This document shows positions 28,464 to 38,816 of a stretch of DNA of 64,000 nt, in pieces. How positions within the stretch are numbered: the first letter of the stretch is position 1; every line of letters starts with the position of its first letter. The stretch comes from Methanobacteriota archaeon (GTDB taxonomy: Archaea > Halobacteriota > Bog-38 > Methanoflorentales > Methanoflorentaceae), in assembly GCA_963720465.1 (NCBI GenBank), contig OY970393.1, forward strand, positions 1,408,001-1,472,000, written 5' to 3'. The notes under the pieces are model-generated. The model was given only the letters and a program-made list of their open reading frames with translations, was not told where the DNA came from and made no database searches. A program made the translations under genes and the position numbers.

Positions 28464-30692
28464 ATGCAGGTTCCGAACCCTTTCACGGCGAACGACTGGG
28501 ATATTAGGAGCTTCCTTTTAACGGTGGTGGTCCTTCAGTGCGCTGTCTTTGTCCTGATTGCGCTCGATGTATTGGGGTTCCACGTCCCTATTCTGCGGCA
28601 GCTCTTCACCTTTGGTTATCTCGTTTTTGTCCCAGGTCTGCTCCTTCTCAGAACTTTCAGAATTCATAAGTTAGGCAGCGTTGAAACCGCGTTATTTACA
28701 GCCGGCTTGAGCATTGCGGCACTGATGTTTATCGGCCTAGTTATGAATACGGCGTTGCCAGTGCTTGGGTTCGATGCGCCGATATCCCTGTTGCCGGTAA
28801 CTGTGGTACTAGCTGGCTTCGTCGCAGTATTTGGCGCACTCAGCTATGTTAGGGACAAGAACTTCTCAGACACTGAGAAATGGGATTGCGCCCAAATCTT
28901 TTCTGCGCCCTACTTGTTCTTTATCTTGTTGCCATTTCTGTCGATAATTGGGGCCTACGTCATGAATGCCTTCAGCATCAACTTGGTTCTCGAGCTTTTA
29001 CTTTTGATAATAGCGTGCGCTTTCATCGTTCTCATCTCCTCTAAGAAGATCCCAACGCACGTGTATCCGCTGGCCGTTTTTTCCATCTCTCTCTCTTTAC
29101 TGTTTTATTGGTCTTTGATATCCAACTTTCTGACAGGATATGATGTTCTAGGCGAGTATTTCAATGCCCACTTAGTGTTACAAAACGCGGTTTGGGACCC
29201 TTTCATGCCAAGCCTTTACAACGGCGTGCTTAGCGTAGTAATGCTTGCGCCATTTCTCTCTCTGTTGTCCAACCTGTCACTCGTGTGGGTTTTTAAGATT
29301 GTTTACCCTGTGCTGTTCTCCCTCGTCCCTGTGGGCTTGTTTTGGGTGTATAAAAGACTAACAGACGACAAGGTAGCGTTTTTAGCTGTCGCCTACATTA
29401 TGTCGCTCACTTCGTTTTTCGTTTATATGCCGGGGTTGGCGCGGCAAGAAATTGCCGAGATATTTGTCGTCCTGGCGTTGCTGCTCGTAGTTGATCGAAA
29501 AATAGAAGCGACGATAAAAACAGGATTGTTTATCATCTTTCTCTCCGCGCTTGCCGTATCTCATTACACGATCTCTTACATTTTTATTGGTTGCCTTGTG
29601 ACGGCATTGCTGATACTCTCTCTACAGAAAAACGGTGCTCTGATAAAATGGAAGGCGAAGCTGATCTCTTTGTTAAGTAATGAAGACCAAGCCGGGGGCT
29701 CGGTCAACCGATCCGCTATAGCACGCGAGTCACTTGTCACTGTCGCTCGCAGCTCTTACTTCATTGTCTGCGTGCTGTCGTGGTACGCGTACGTTTCGGC
29801 CGGTTCGGCCATAGATAAGCTTTCCGGTTTGGCACAGAATATTTCATCTCATGTCTCTTCGGATCTTCTGAGCCCGAGCACCTCACAAGGGGCAGCAATC
29901 ATTGTTAGCCAGCCTACGTCCCCGTTGCACGCCGTCACGAAATACTTTTACCTGGTAAGCATCGGCCTCGTCATCATCGGTTTGCTAGCGACCTGGCTTA
30001 AACCAACGATGCGCCTAAACAGGGAAATCTCAGCATTTTTCGTCCCTGCCTGCGCGCTCTTGGCTGCAGCAATTGCCCTCCCATTTTTAGCTGGCCAAAT
30101 TCAAACGGATAGGTTGTTGCATATCGGGCTACTTTTTCTCGCGCCCCTATTCCCCATAGGGGCGCTCGCAGTCGGCGGAATAGCGAGAGCCATAGCAATC
30201 CGCAGGCGAGCTACATCAGAAAATATGCGTACGTGGGTGTTGCGTGGTCTCTCTGTTTTTCTTGCTGTGTTTCTACTGCTCAACAGCGGGCTGATTTACG
30301 AAGTCGTTCACGACCATCCTACGTCGATAGCGCTCGACAAAACGGTTGCGTCACCTGTTTTCGATGACATGGAAACGACAGCATCGCTGTGGCTTCAGAA
30401 CGAGACCCCGCCGAATGCACAAATGTATGCCGATTCCTATCATTACACATTGCTCTTGACCATTACCCCGGACAGCAACGTGAGGACTCTGTGGGTGCCT
30501 TCAACTAACTTCTCTGCAGAATTGCCCTACAACTACATCTTTTTGGGAACCACTAACGTCGCAAATAAAGAGTTCTATATAGCTCAAATCTCTGCTAGTG
30601 ATGTCCCGCAATATGCCAATGTCAGCACATCTGAAATAAGCCAGACTCGCAGTTTACTGTATGACAACGGAGGTGCGCAGGTGTACCTTTGA
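28464..30692 (+). CDS. DUF2206-like polytopic membrane protein (possible GT-C/polymerase-type fold)
   Basis: 742 aa, many TM segments; GYDVLGEY, VFKIVYP, LARQEIAE, SHY, YDNG motifs. Confidence 0.8.
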   Translation: MQVPNPFTANDWDIRSFLLTVVVLQCAVFVLIALDVLGFHVPILRQLFTFGYLVFVPGLLLLRTFRIHKLGSVETALFTAGLSIAALMFIGLVMNTALPVLGFDAPISLLPVTVVLAGFVAVFGALSYVRDKNFSDTEKWDCAQIFSAPYLFFILLPFLSIIGAYVMNAFSINLVLELLLLIIACAFIVLISSKKIPTHVYPLAVFSISLSLLFYWSLISNFLTGYDVLGEYFNAHLVLQNAVWDPFMPSLYNGVLSVVMLAPFLSLLSNLSLVWVFKIVYPVLFSLVPVGLFWVYKRLTDDKVAFLAVAYIMSLTSFFVYMPGLARQEIAEIFVVLALLLVVDRKIEATIKTGLFIIFLSALAVSHYTISYIFIGCLVTALLILSLQKNGALIKWKAKLISLLSNEDQAGGSVNRSAIARESLVTVARSSYFIVCVLSWYAYVSAGSAIDKLSGLAQNISSHVSSDLLSPSTSQGAAIIVSQPTSPLHAVTKYFYLVSIGLVIIGLLATWLKPTMRLNREISAFFVPACALLAAAIALPFLAGQIQTDRLLHIGLLFLAPLFPIGALAVGGIARAIAIRRRATSENMRTWVLRGLSVFLAVFLLLNSGLIYEVVHDHPTSIALDKTVASPVFDDMETTASLWLQNETPPNAQMYADSYHYTLLLTITPDSNVRTLWVPSTNFSAELPYNYIFLGTTNVANKEFYIAQISASDVPQYANVSTSEISQTRSLLYDNGGAQVYL

Positions 30693-31060
30693 CTTGAATT
30701 CAATTTTACAAGGCTCAGTACCGAGGAGCCTCCGCGAAATTGACAATTGGGGGTCAGCCCTGCAGATTCTCACATTTGATGTGCAGCCAGTCTGCGCCAG
30801 TTGTCTTCAGCGATCGATGAGCATGGCGAATAACGGACACCTTAAAGGGTTAGGGGAGACATATTTACGTGCACTTAGCTCCCATTATTGCATCAAGACT
30901 TGTGCTCTCCGCAACCCGAAAAACCCCACACAAGAAACCAATCAAATCAAATTGAGGCGAAATGCTAATGTTGAAATTTGTAAGATTATCTGTCTGCGCG
31001 TTCAAACCAACTTAGTCGAGACGCCAAGTGAGTCGAGAGCGCTCAGTTGACCGTTGCTCT

Positions 31061-32137
31061 ATGAACAAAACGATGAATGAAATGCGATGGCCCAAAGTTT
31101 TTATTATTATCCTTAACTGGAACGGCTGGAAAGACACAATAGAGTGCCTGGAATCGCTCTATGCTATTTCCTATCCCAACTACCAAGTTATCGTCGTAGA
31201 CAATAATTCACAGGATGATTCGCTTGCAAGAATAAACGCCTACGCCCGCGGTGAAATAGTGATCGAATCGTCTTTGTTCGCTCAGAGCAGTCGTCCACAA
31301 GGCTTGAAAGCTACGCAACTTGCCAGAGAACAAGCAGAATGCGTGTCCGTCTGCAGAGAAGAAGTAATGACAGAGCACGTGTCTCAAGCCCTTCAGAACG
31401 AGCAGCTATTGATTATTCAGAACGAGCAGAATTTTGGATATTCAGAGGGCAATAACATCGGTATGCGCTACGCGTTGAAAGCAGCTGCTGATTACATATT
31501 GCTGTTGAATAATGATACGGTAGTCCACGAAGATTTTCTTACAGAGCTCGTACGTGTCGCGGAAGAGGATGACAGCATTGGAGCTATAGGACCTAAGATA
31601 TGCTTTTACGACGCGCCTCAAGTCATCGAGTCGACGGGCGCTCGCATTAACTTCTGGACAGGCAGAGGGATTGCCCTCAATTGGGAGAAGGCGGACGATC
31701 TTCTTGATTCTTCAAGTGCCCAGAAGTTGTTGTCCGTTGATTACATCTCCGGCGCTTGTTTTCTGATACCCCGCAGAATAATTGAAGAGGTAGGCGGGCT
31801 TGACCCACTGTATTTCCTTTACGGAGAAGAGCTTGACTGGTGTATTCGAATCAGCAAAGCGGGCTATAGAATCACATGTGACCTAGACAGCAAGATCTGG
31901 CATAAAGGCATGGCATCAACTTCGAAGGACGCGCGATTCTCTCAGTACTACCTCGAAAGAAATCGAGTCATCTACATGAGAAAGTACGCAACGACGTTGC
32001 AGTTCATGTCGTTTTTGTTCTACTACCCGTTTTTTTATACTGCGCTTCTCCTAAAAAGGCGTCGAGCGCGCGACATTCCTTATTTTGTTAGGGGCTTCAT
32101 TGATGGCTTTGTCAAGGACATATCTAGCTCATCTTGA
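31061..32137 (+). CDS. GT2 glycosyltransferase
   Basis: IIILNWNGWKDTIECLES, VVDNNS, NFGYSEGNN, LLLNNDT, SGAC, YGEELDW. Confidence 0.9.
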   Translation: MNKTMNEMRWPKVFIIILNWNGWKDTIECLESLYAISYPNYQVIVVDNNSQDDSLARINAYARGEIVIESSLFAQSSRPQGLKATQLAREQAECVSVCREEVMTEHVSQALQNEQLLIIQNEQNFGYSEGNNIGMRYALKAAADYILLLNNDTVVHEDFLTELVRVAEEDDSIGAIGPKICFYDAPQVIESTGARINFWTGRGIALNWEKADDLLDSSSAQKLLSVDYISGACFLIPRRIIEEVGGLDPLYFLYGEELDWCIRISKAGYRITCDLDSKIWHKGMASTSKDARFSQYYLERNRVIYMRKYATTLQFMSFLFYYPFFYTALLLKRRRARDIPYFVRGFIDGFVKDISSSS

Positions 32138-32417
32138 TCCCTAGCTTTATCGGTCTCTTTGCACAAAACCCAAAAGTGAGCACAACGAAATCCGAAATAA
32201 ACGTGTCTGGGCTAATATCTCTAAAAAGGAAATTAAGGGGACCCCCCTCTGTAACGCTTTAAAAGCCAGATTTTAAGCCCGATAGAAAAAAGAACGACGG
32301 AAGCATCATTATGAAAATGTCGATTGAAAAGGTAATTACTATGCGGATAGAGTAACGCTCCTCGGGTAGAATGGGACGCAAAACGGTATGTGTGGTTTTT
32401 TGTTCATTAGCGGAGGA

Positions 32418-33200
32418 TTATGCTCGGTCTAAAGTCATTTTCGCCAAGTCTCGCTTTTCTTTAAAAACTCGATCGAAGTAGCAAGTGATGAACATCGGCC
32501 ATTCGATCACTAATCTGAGAGCGCGACTTATTGGCTCTCCTTCTTGACGTCGCGCGTTGACAAATCGTTTATGCGTATACATAACGGAAAGGAGCCACAA
32601 TCGACTAATCTTCGTGTTTAAGAAACTCACGTCTGCGAATTTGAACCCATTCTCTTCACACAGACTTTTATAGGCATCAACTTGCCTAGTGGTGAAGCTT
32701 CCTTCTGCACTCAATTCTTTAGTCGTTCCTATCTCTTCCATGAGCACAATTTGAGTCTTGGTTACTCTGCATATTTCTTGCACGAGAGCGGTGAGCATTT
32801 CTTCGTCAGTGACATGCTGCAACACGGTAACCGTAAAGCTGATATCAATAGATTGATCTTCAAAAGGCAACTTTTTCCCGTTAATTCTGTAAAGTTCAAC
32901 TCCTTTGTATGCGGCGACATTTTGCGCGGCTATGTTAATCATTGTTTGTGAGATATCGACTCCTATCAGTGCTTGCGGTGCGCGACGTTCCGCTATATGC
33001 TTTAAATTGCCGCCGGGGCCGCAACCGACCTCCAACACGCGTGCATCGCGAAAATCGATTGTGTCCAAGAACGTCTGTAGAAATTTGTCCCTTCTGTAAC
33101 GGGAAACTGGATCATCATACCCAGCTACGTCGCACTGATCTCTTTTTTGGATCTCTTGTCCAACTTTAGACCAATACTGCTCAGGATCATACTCTACCAT
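32418..33200 (-). CDS. Class I SAM-dependent methyltransferase
   Basis: VLEVGCGPG, GVDIS, LPFEDQSID, TVLQHV. Confidence 0.85.
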   Translation of the reverse strand: MVEYDPEQYWSKVGQEIQKRDQCDVAGYDDPVSRYRRDKFLQTFLDTIDFRDARVLEVGCGPGGNLKHIAERRAPQALIGVDISQTMINIAAQNVAAYKGVELYRINGKKLPFEDQSIDISFTVTVLQHVTDEEMLTALVQEICRVTKTQIVLMEEIGTTKELSAEGSFTTRQVDAYKSLCEENGFKFADVSFLNTKISRLWLLSVMYTHKRFVNARRQEGEPISRALRLVIEWPMFITCYFDRVFKEKRDLAKMTLDRA

Positions 33201-33772
33201 CTCTCTGTCCTTATGAATTGCCAAGTTAGTCCTTCTCGCGCGCGATGAGTCAAACTCGATGAGTGCCGTTTTGAAGCTTATTACATTGCCCGCCTTTTAT
33301 ACCCTGTTGCGCCTATCTTATTGAATCGCATGTCTTTTCTACTTTTACTATAAGAAAGAGTTTTAGGACGGGTTAAAAATGAAATTGGACTTAGATCCGC
33401 GAAAGGCGGGGCCAAAAGCATCAAACACCTTCGAGATATCGAAGCGGAACGCATCCCACTGCATTGACGGAGGTCACGGGTTTTCAGGGAAGGTTATGCT
33501 CTTTGAGTACAAAGTGCGGATTACGAAAACCCCCCTAGGCTTTGGCAGCGGTTTTCATACAGACGCTTGCATCAAAAAATCGTGAGTCTGCTTCCTTGTC
33601 GAACGACTAAAGCACAACTCGTGGCTCGGCGCTCTAAAATGATCCTGTTTCAAATTGTCTCAAACGGCAGCCCGCAAGCCGACGTATCAGAAGTCCCGTC
33701 TTAGCCTCGAAATACGTACTTCATATGCGAGGACGCAGAATGCTAGGTGGCCAAGCGACGGGGGCAGACAGA

Positions 33773-34030
33773 ATGACTCTCAGTGACGCGCAGCGATTTA
33801 TCTATTGTTTGTTCGGGTTAGCGTATTTCACTATCTTCGTTTTGGTGTTGTTAAACGTCTACGCGCTGGAGATCTTTCTCGTCCTTTCGATTGCTGAATT
33901 CTTCGCGGTTGTCCAACTAACGGAGCCCTCTTTCTTCCGCGCTGCGTGGAGAAAACACATGAACGTTCTTGCTGCGATTTACTTGATTATATTCTTTATC
34001 GTAATGTACCGGCGCATATTGAGTCTCTAA
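33773..34030 (+). CDS. Small membrane protein
   Basis: About 85 aa, three hydrophobic segments; GGGGG RBS before ATG 33773. Confidence 0.65.
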   Translation: MTLSDAQRFIYCLFGLAYFTIFVLVLLNVYALEIFLVLSIAEFFAVVQLTEPSFFRAAWRKHMNVLAAIYLIIFFIVMYRRILSL

Positions 34031-34411
34031 CAGAGCGGTCGAGCAAGTGACACACGACGGATAAATCGTTCTTATTTGTATCAGATCAGGCTTTTCGACC
34101 ACTAGAAGCAAAACCGCAGAGACACTTTCTTCCTACGCGAGCTGCAGAGACAAAGGACGGCCGGTCGAGCTTGCGCCTGAAGTTGCTGGACTATTGCAGC
34201 AGGAATCGGTCACCCTGAAAATAAAGGGACAGAGCGATCCCCGTTCGACCGCCGAAAATCGTAGCAATCGAGGGAATCAATATCCGGAAAGTGCAACGTC
34301 TTTTTTATATGCGCTCGTCGTAATATTATTGAATTCTCACTCGAGGTAAAATATTTTTTACGCAGGCAAACATAGACTCAACGCCTTAAACGCGGTTCTC
34401 AAGGAGAACTC

Positions 34412-35293
34412 ATGACACTGATGCTGTACGCGCCCTTCAAGAAGAGTCAATCGCTCACGCGCAAAAACGAGTTCAGGGCCACCGGCGTTTTTCTGCTCAT
34501 CCTCGGAACGATCGTGGTGCTGATCGCATATCCCTCATACAACACCTCGACGATGTCGAACGCGCTGATGATGGTCGGGGTGACCGCTCTCTTTATCGGT
34601 GGCCTAACGATATTTCTTAACACGGGGAAATTCATCAGCGAAATTGTCGCGGAACGCTTTCAGTTGAGCACAACGATCGCACTCGAAGACCTTCTTCGCG
34701 ATCTCGGATTGAGAGACAAAGGCGTCTATATCCCTGCGTCCCGTACAGGAGTGGGAACGAAGGTTTTCGTTCCGCTGACGGGCGTGGACAAATGCCTCCC
34801 TCAAGCGTGCATCAAGGACGATCACGCGTTTCTTACCAGCCTTGCAGACACAGCGGAAGTGGGTGCGTTGATCCAGCCCTTAGGCTACGCCCTTTTCACC
34901 TATACCGAGAAGGACATGGAAGTAGTGTGGAAATCGGCTGACGCCAACGGCGGTGAGCAAGATGAGCCATCAGAGCCTGAGCTTGAGCCAGACCAGTTCA
35001 GCAAGAAACTGCAGGCAGTGCTCGTCAAGGGGCTGCACCTTGCAGATTCCGCGGCGATATCGGACGAAGCAGGAGAGTTGCACGTCAGCTTGCAAAACTC
35101 AAGCTATTTATCGGCCTGCAGCATCATTATGGAGCGGGCGCCGCAAGTATGCAAGCAGCTCGGCTGTCCTCTGTGCAGCTTAATCGCGTGCATTTACACG
35201 GAGCAGGTCGACAAGGAAGTAGTGATAGAAAACGTGCATCGTTCTAATCGGAATATTGACATCACGTGCAAAGTTCTCGATAGGCAGGGTTAG
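34412..35293 (+). CDS. Conserved hypothetical membrane-anchored protein of archaeal glycosylation clusters
   Basis: Two N-terminal TM helices; KGVYIP, KVFVPL, QPLGYAL, C-terminal CKQLGCPLCSLIAC; AGGAG RBS. Confidence 0.75.
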   Translation: MTLMLYAPFKKSQSLTRKNEFRATGVFLLILGTIVVLIAYPSYNTSTMSNALMMVGVTALFIGGLTIFLNTGKFISEIVAERFQLSTTIALEDLLRDLGLRDKGVYIPASRTGVGTKVFVPLTGVDKCLPQACIKDDHAFLTSLADTAEVGALIQPLGYALFTYTEKDMEVVWKSADANGGEQDEPSEPELEPDQFSKKLQAVLVKGLHLADSAAISDEAGELHVSLQNSSYLSACSIIMERAPQVCKQLGCPLCSLIACIYTEQVDKEVVIENVHRSNRNIDITCKVLDRQG

Positions 35294-35883
35294 CTCCTTG
35301 CGCATCCTTGTCATTTACGCCGCAGACAACCATCCCGACTGGTTTATGAAATAGCTAAGGCGGTAAAAAGCCGATGGGAGGCGCGGCTCCCATGCAGATC
35401 GCTGCTCTTATTGAAACAGCCAACATGATGATTCGTTTTCATCTGTCGCAAGGCACTTTAATTATCTAAGAAACTTTTACCGTGCACAATGACTTTTTTA
35501 AGCTTTAGGTTTTTCGCCGCTGTGCGACGCCAGGCTATGCTCGATGCGGTGTACCGCGGAGCCTGCGATGGAAAGAGCTTGCTAATGCGCAGTCGGCTAT
35601 CCGCTGTCGAAGGGTCTCGACGCGCCTCAACGCGATTTTGTTCTCTGAGGTCGCGGCCGCACTCCAACAATAGTCTTGTGCTCTCTTTCGCAATAGAGCC
35701 TATAGTGATCGAGGGCGGGCGTCAATCTTCGCCTTTACAGCTCGTGCGCAGTCAGCGCGAGAAACGGCCCTTCGGCGAGATCAGAGAGGAATCTATTTCG
35801 GAAGGTTTTTGAACTCTTCTGTCAGTAACGGTAGTCTGGAGCCTAAGGGCTGTTTGCAGGACCGAGCTGACGCACTTCCATCG

Positions 35884-37917
35884 ATGGCCGGCATTTCCAC
35901 AATGAGCAGGATAGTTCTCGCGCTTGCGCTGATTATCATCATTGCGTTCAGCTCAGTCGCTGGCACGTTTTGTTTTGCGGTGCGGGACACTGGAGCGAAA
36001 GGAGCGGTGCCAACTGTCAGTGAGGCTGACACGTCGCTTGTCCAGGCAAGCAGCCTGAAGTTCAAAGGGTTCTCGTACGTCTCGTTCGCACCAAACGAAC
36101 TCGCTTCAGCCGGTTCCAACTCGTCGCTGAACGCTCTGAAGAGCACAGGAGCCAATTACGTCTCCGTGATCGTCACCCAGTTTGTCTCTTCGCCCACATC
36201 AGCCGTTATTTTTCCTGATTCCCGATGGACCCCGACTGACGCTGCCGTGATCGATGCCATCAGAGACGCCCACGCGCGCGGGATGGGCGTCCTTCTCAAA
36301 CCGCAATTGGGTTGCGAAAACTTATCGTACAGTGCGGGCAATCTAGCCCCTACGCAGCCGGCCGCGTGGTTTGCGAATTATACGACGTTTATCGACCACT
36401 ATGCGCGAATCGCCCAAAACAACGGCGTGGAGCTGTTCTGCGTGGGCTGCGAATTGCACCAGCTTGACACGAGCACGTACTATGCGAACTGGCGCACCGT
36501 GATAAGCGGGGTGCGAGCAATCTACCACGGGCCGCTCACCTACGCGGCCGACAACCTCGGGTACGCGCAGGTCCCCTTCTGGGGGTTGCTCGACTACGCG
36601 GGAATCGACGCGTACTTCCCTCTGAGCAACGCGACAACGCCTTCCGTGGCTGACCTTGTTGGCGGGTGGTCTCATTATGTCGATTCCGACGGAACGCACA
36701 ACTGGACCAATGACATCGAGACGTGGCAAGTGACCGTGCACAAACCGGTGATTTTCACCGAGATCGGATACCGGAGCATCGACTACGCCGCGCAGGATCC
36801 CGGAAATTGGGCTATAACGGGAGTGTACAATGGAAATGCGCAGGCCAACTGCTATGCTGCAGCCTTGCAGGTATTTGCCAACAAGCCGTGGTTTGTGGGG
36901 ATGTTCTGGTGGGATTGGTTGCCCAATCCAAATGCAGGAGGTGCCGGCAATACCGACTACACCCCGCAATATAAGCCCGCCCAGGACGTCTTAACCTCGT
37001 ATTGGAATCCGAACCTCACCGCTACCGCGCTCACCCTCACCGCGTCCACCGCCACTCCCGTCGTCAACCAGTCAGTCACCTTCAACGCCACGTTGAGCAG
37101 CGGTGGAACGCCCCTCTCAGGAGAAAACGCCACCATCTACCACTACCTCAACAACGTCCGCTACAACGACACCACCAACGTCACCAACTCCACCGGCCAG
37201 GTCACGGTCACCACGAGCTTTGGCTCTCCCGGTACACGCACCTACTACGCCACCTTCGCTGGCGACAGCTCCTATCAGAATTCGACAAGCACCGTCGTCA
37301 CCGTTAACGTCACCAAGATGCCGACCGCTCTCACCCTCACCGCGTCCAACTCCACCCCCATCGTCAATCAGCAGGTCACCTTCAACGCCACCTTGAGGAG
37401 TGGTGGAACGCCTCTCCCAGGAGAAAACGTCACCATCTACCACTACCTCAACAACGTCCGCTACAACGACACCACCAACGTCACCAACTCCACCGGCCAG
37501 ATCAGCCTCACCACGAGCTGGGCCTCCACCGGAAACCGCACCTACTACGCCACCTTCGTCGGTGACAGCTCCTATCAGAACTCGACGAGCCCAGTCGTGA
37601 CGATCACCGTCACCGTCGGACAGACGCAGATCACCCTCACCGCGTCGAACACCACCCCCGCGGTCAACCAACCCGTCACCTTCACCGCCACCCTCACGAA
37701 CGGCACAACGCCCCTCTCAGGAAAGATCATCACCATCTATCACTACCTCAACAGCGTCCGCTACAACGACACCACCACCACCACCAACTCCACCGGCCAG
37801 GTTACCGACACTACGAGTTGGGGCTCCGCCGGAAACCGCTCCTACTACGCCACGTTCGCCGGTGACAGCTCCTATCTAACATCGACGAGCACGGTCTTGA
37901 CAATCACCGTTCAGTAG
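35884..37917 (+). CDS. Secreted GH113-like (TIM-barrel) glycoside hydrolase with three C-terminal Ig-like repeats
   Basis: Signal/TM segment; VLLKPQL, FCVGCEL, LTYAAD, GIDAYFPLS, VIFTEIGYRS, GMFWWDW, KPAQ; start uncertain. Confidence 0.82.
   Translation: MAGISTMSRIVLALALIIIIAFSSVAGTFCFAVRDTGAKGAVPTVSEADTSLVQASSLKFKGFSYVSFAPNELASAGSNSSLNALKSTGANYVSVIVTQFVSSPTSAVIFPDSRWTPTDAAVIDAIRDAHARGMGVLLKPQLGCENLSYSAGNLAPTQPAAWFANYTTFIDHYARIAQNNGVELFCVGCELHQLDTSTYYANWRTVISGVRAIYHGPLTYAADNLGYAQVPFWGLLDYAGIDAYFPLSNATTPSVADLVGGWSHYVDSDGTHNWTNDIETWQVTVHKPVIFTEIGYRSIDYAAQDPGNWAITGVYNGNAQANCYAAALQVFANKPWFVGMFWWDWLPNPNAGGAGNTDYTPQYKPAQDVLTSYWNPNLTATALTLTASTATPVVNQSVTFNATLSSGGTPLSGENATIYHYLNNVRYNDTTNVTNSTGQVTVTTSFGSPGTRTYYATFAGDSSYQNSTSTVVTVNVTKMPTALTLTASNSTPIVNQQVTFNATLRSGGTPLPGENVTIYHYLNNVRYNDTTNVTNSTGQISLTTSWASTGNRTYYATFVGDSSYQNSTSPVVTITVTVGQTQITLTASNTTPAVNQPVTFTATLTNGTTPLSGKIITIYHYLNSVRYNDTTTTTNSTGQVTDTTSWGSAGNRSYYATFAGDSSYLTSTSTVLTITVQ
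37024..37914 (+). repeat. Three 300-bp coding repeats (Ig-like domains)
   Basis: Units start at 37024, 37324, 37624: TLTAS...VNQ.VTF.ATL...TIYHYLN.VRYNDTT...YYATF.GDSSY. Confidence 0.92.
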
Positions 37918-38816
37918 TCCAGACACGCGAGCGATGGCGTTGTTTGCGCACAAAGCACGAGACGACCGCGAAGACCAACAATACCAGCTGGTATTCGCTC
38001 ATAAGGGCAGCCAAACTTCGGCACCTATGAGTTCCTTACGAAGAATCACGGAAGCGCCACGTACACCTCGTCGACGGCGACATAATACGCCTTAGGTGAC
38101 GGTAATGGCGAGTGAGGTAGAGGTCGCATCCCAGCCCACGCGTTCTTTTGGCCATACCCCTAGCGCCTAACGGATGGTTTCTTTTTTCGAATTAAAGGTA
38201 TTAGCGTGTACAGAGTGCCATCTCTCGTTACCGGTTTCAGACCGAGCCTTATCATATCTTCTGACACGCTCGTAGGCGTCATGGTTTCACTCGTTAGCAG
38301 ATCCGAATCCCATTCTGGCGAGCAGGCTGCGCGTGCTGTTTCGAGCTCACGTACTCTTTCTGCACGTCTCCGACGAGCGTACGACTAACCTCAACGCGCT
38401 TCTAGCGTATGACCGTAAACCACTCGGTCCGCTCGCACGATCAACGTAAGAAGGTTCGCAGTGCGCTGTGCTGCTGTTCTTTCACAAAAACGAACACGAA
38501 TAGAAACGGGTTGGAAGCGGAGGCTTTAAATCTGTTTGTCGATACAAAAAAAATGAACTCGCTTATGCGAATTGCTCGCCTACGTCGCCGAAATACACGC
38601 GGATACGTCTTCGCACGTAAGCAGAGCACTCAACAACAAATGGCGTGCAGATGAGCGCGACAAACGTATCCTCAGATGATTGCGGACATCCTCACGATAC
38701 GTCGCGATGGGACGACACCCCAGAGCCTTGGCACAATACAGAAACCGAAACGCAAGCGGCTGCGGGGGGCTGGCCGTGCGTGGTTCTGAACTAGGTTTAT
38801 CGTTTTTTAGGGTAAC

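Noticed and set aside
24165-35800. Long spacers between glycan genes as integron attC-like cassette sites
   Set aside because: No shared repeat or attC-like palindrome was visible between spacers, and there is no integron integrase.
38090-38140. Minus-strand ...ATSTSLAITVT* resembling the end of an Ig repeat
   Set aside because: Too short and low-complexity to distinguish from chance.
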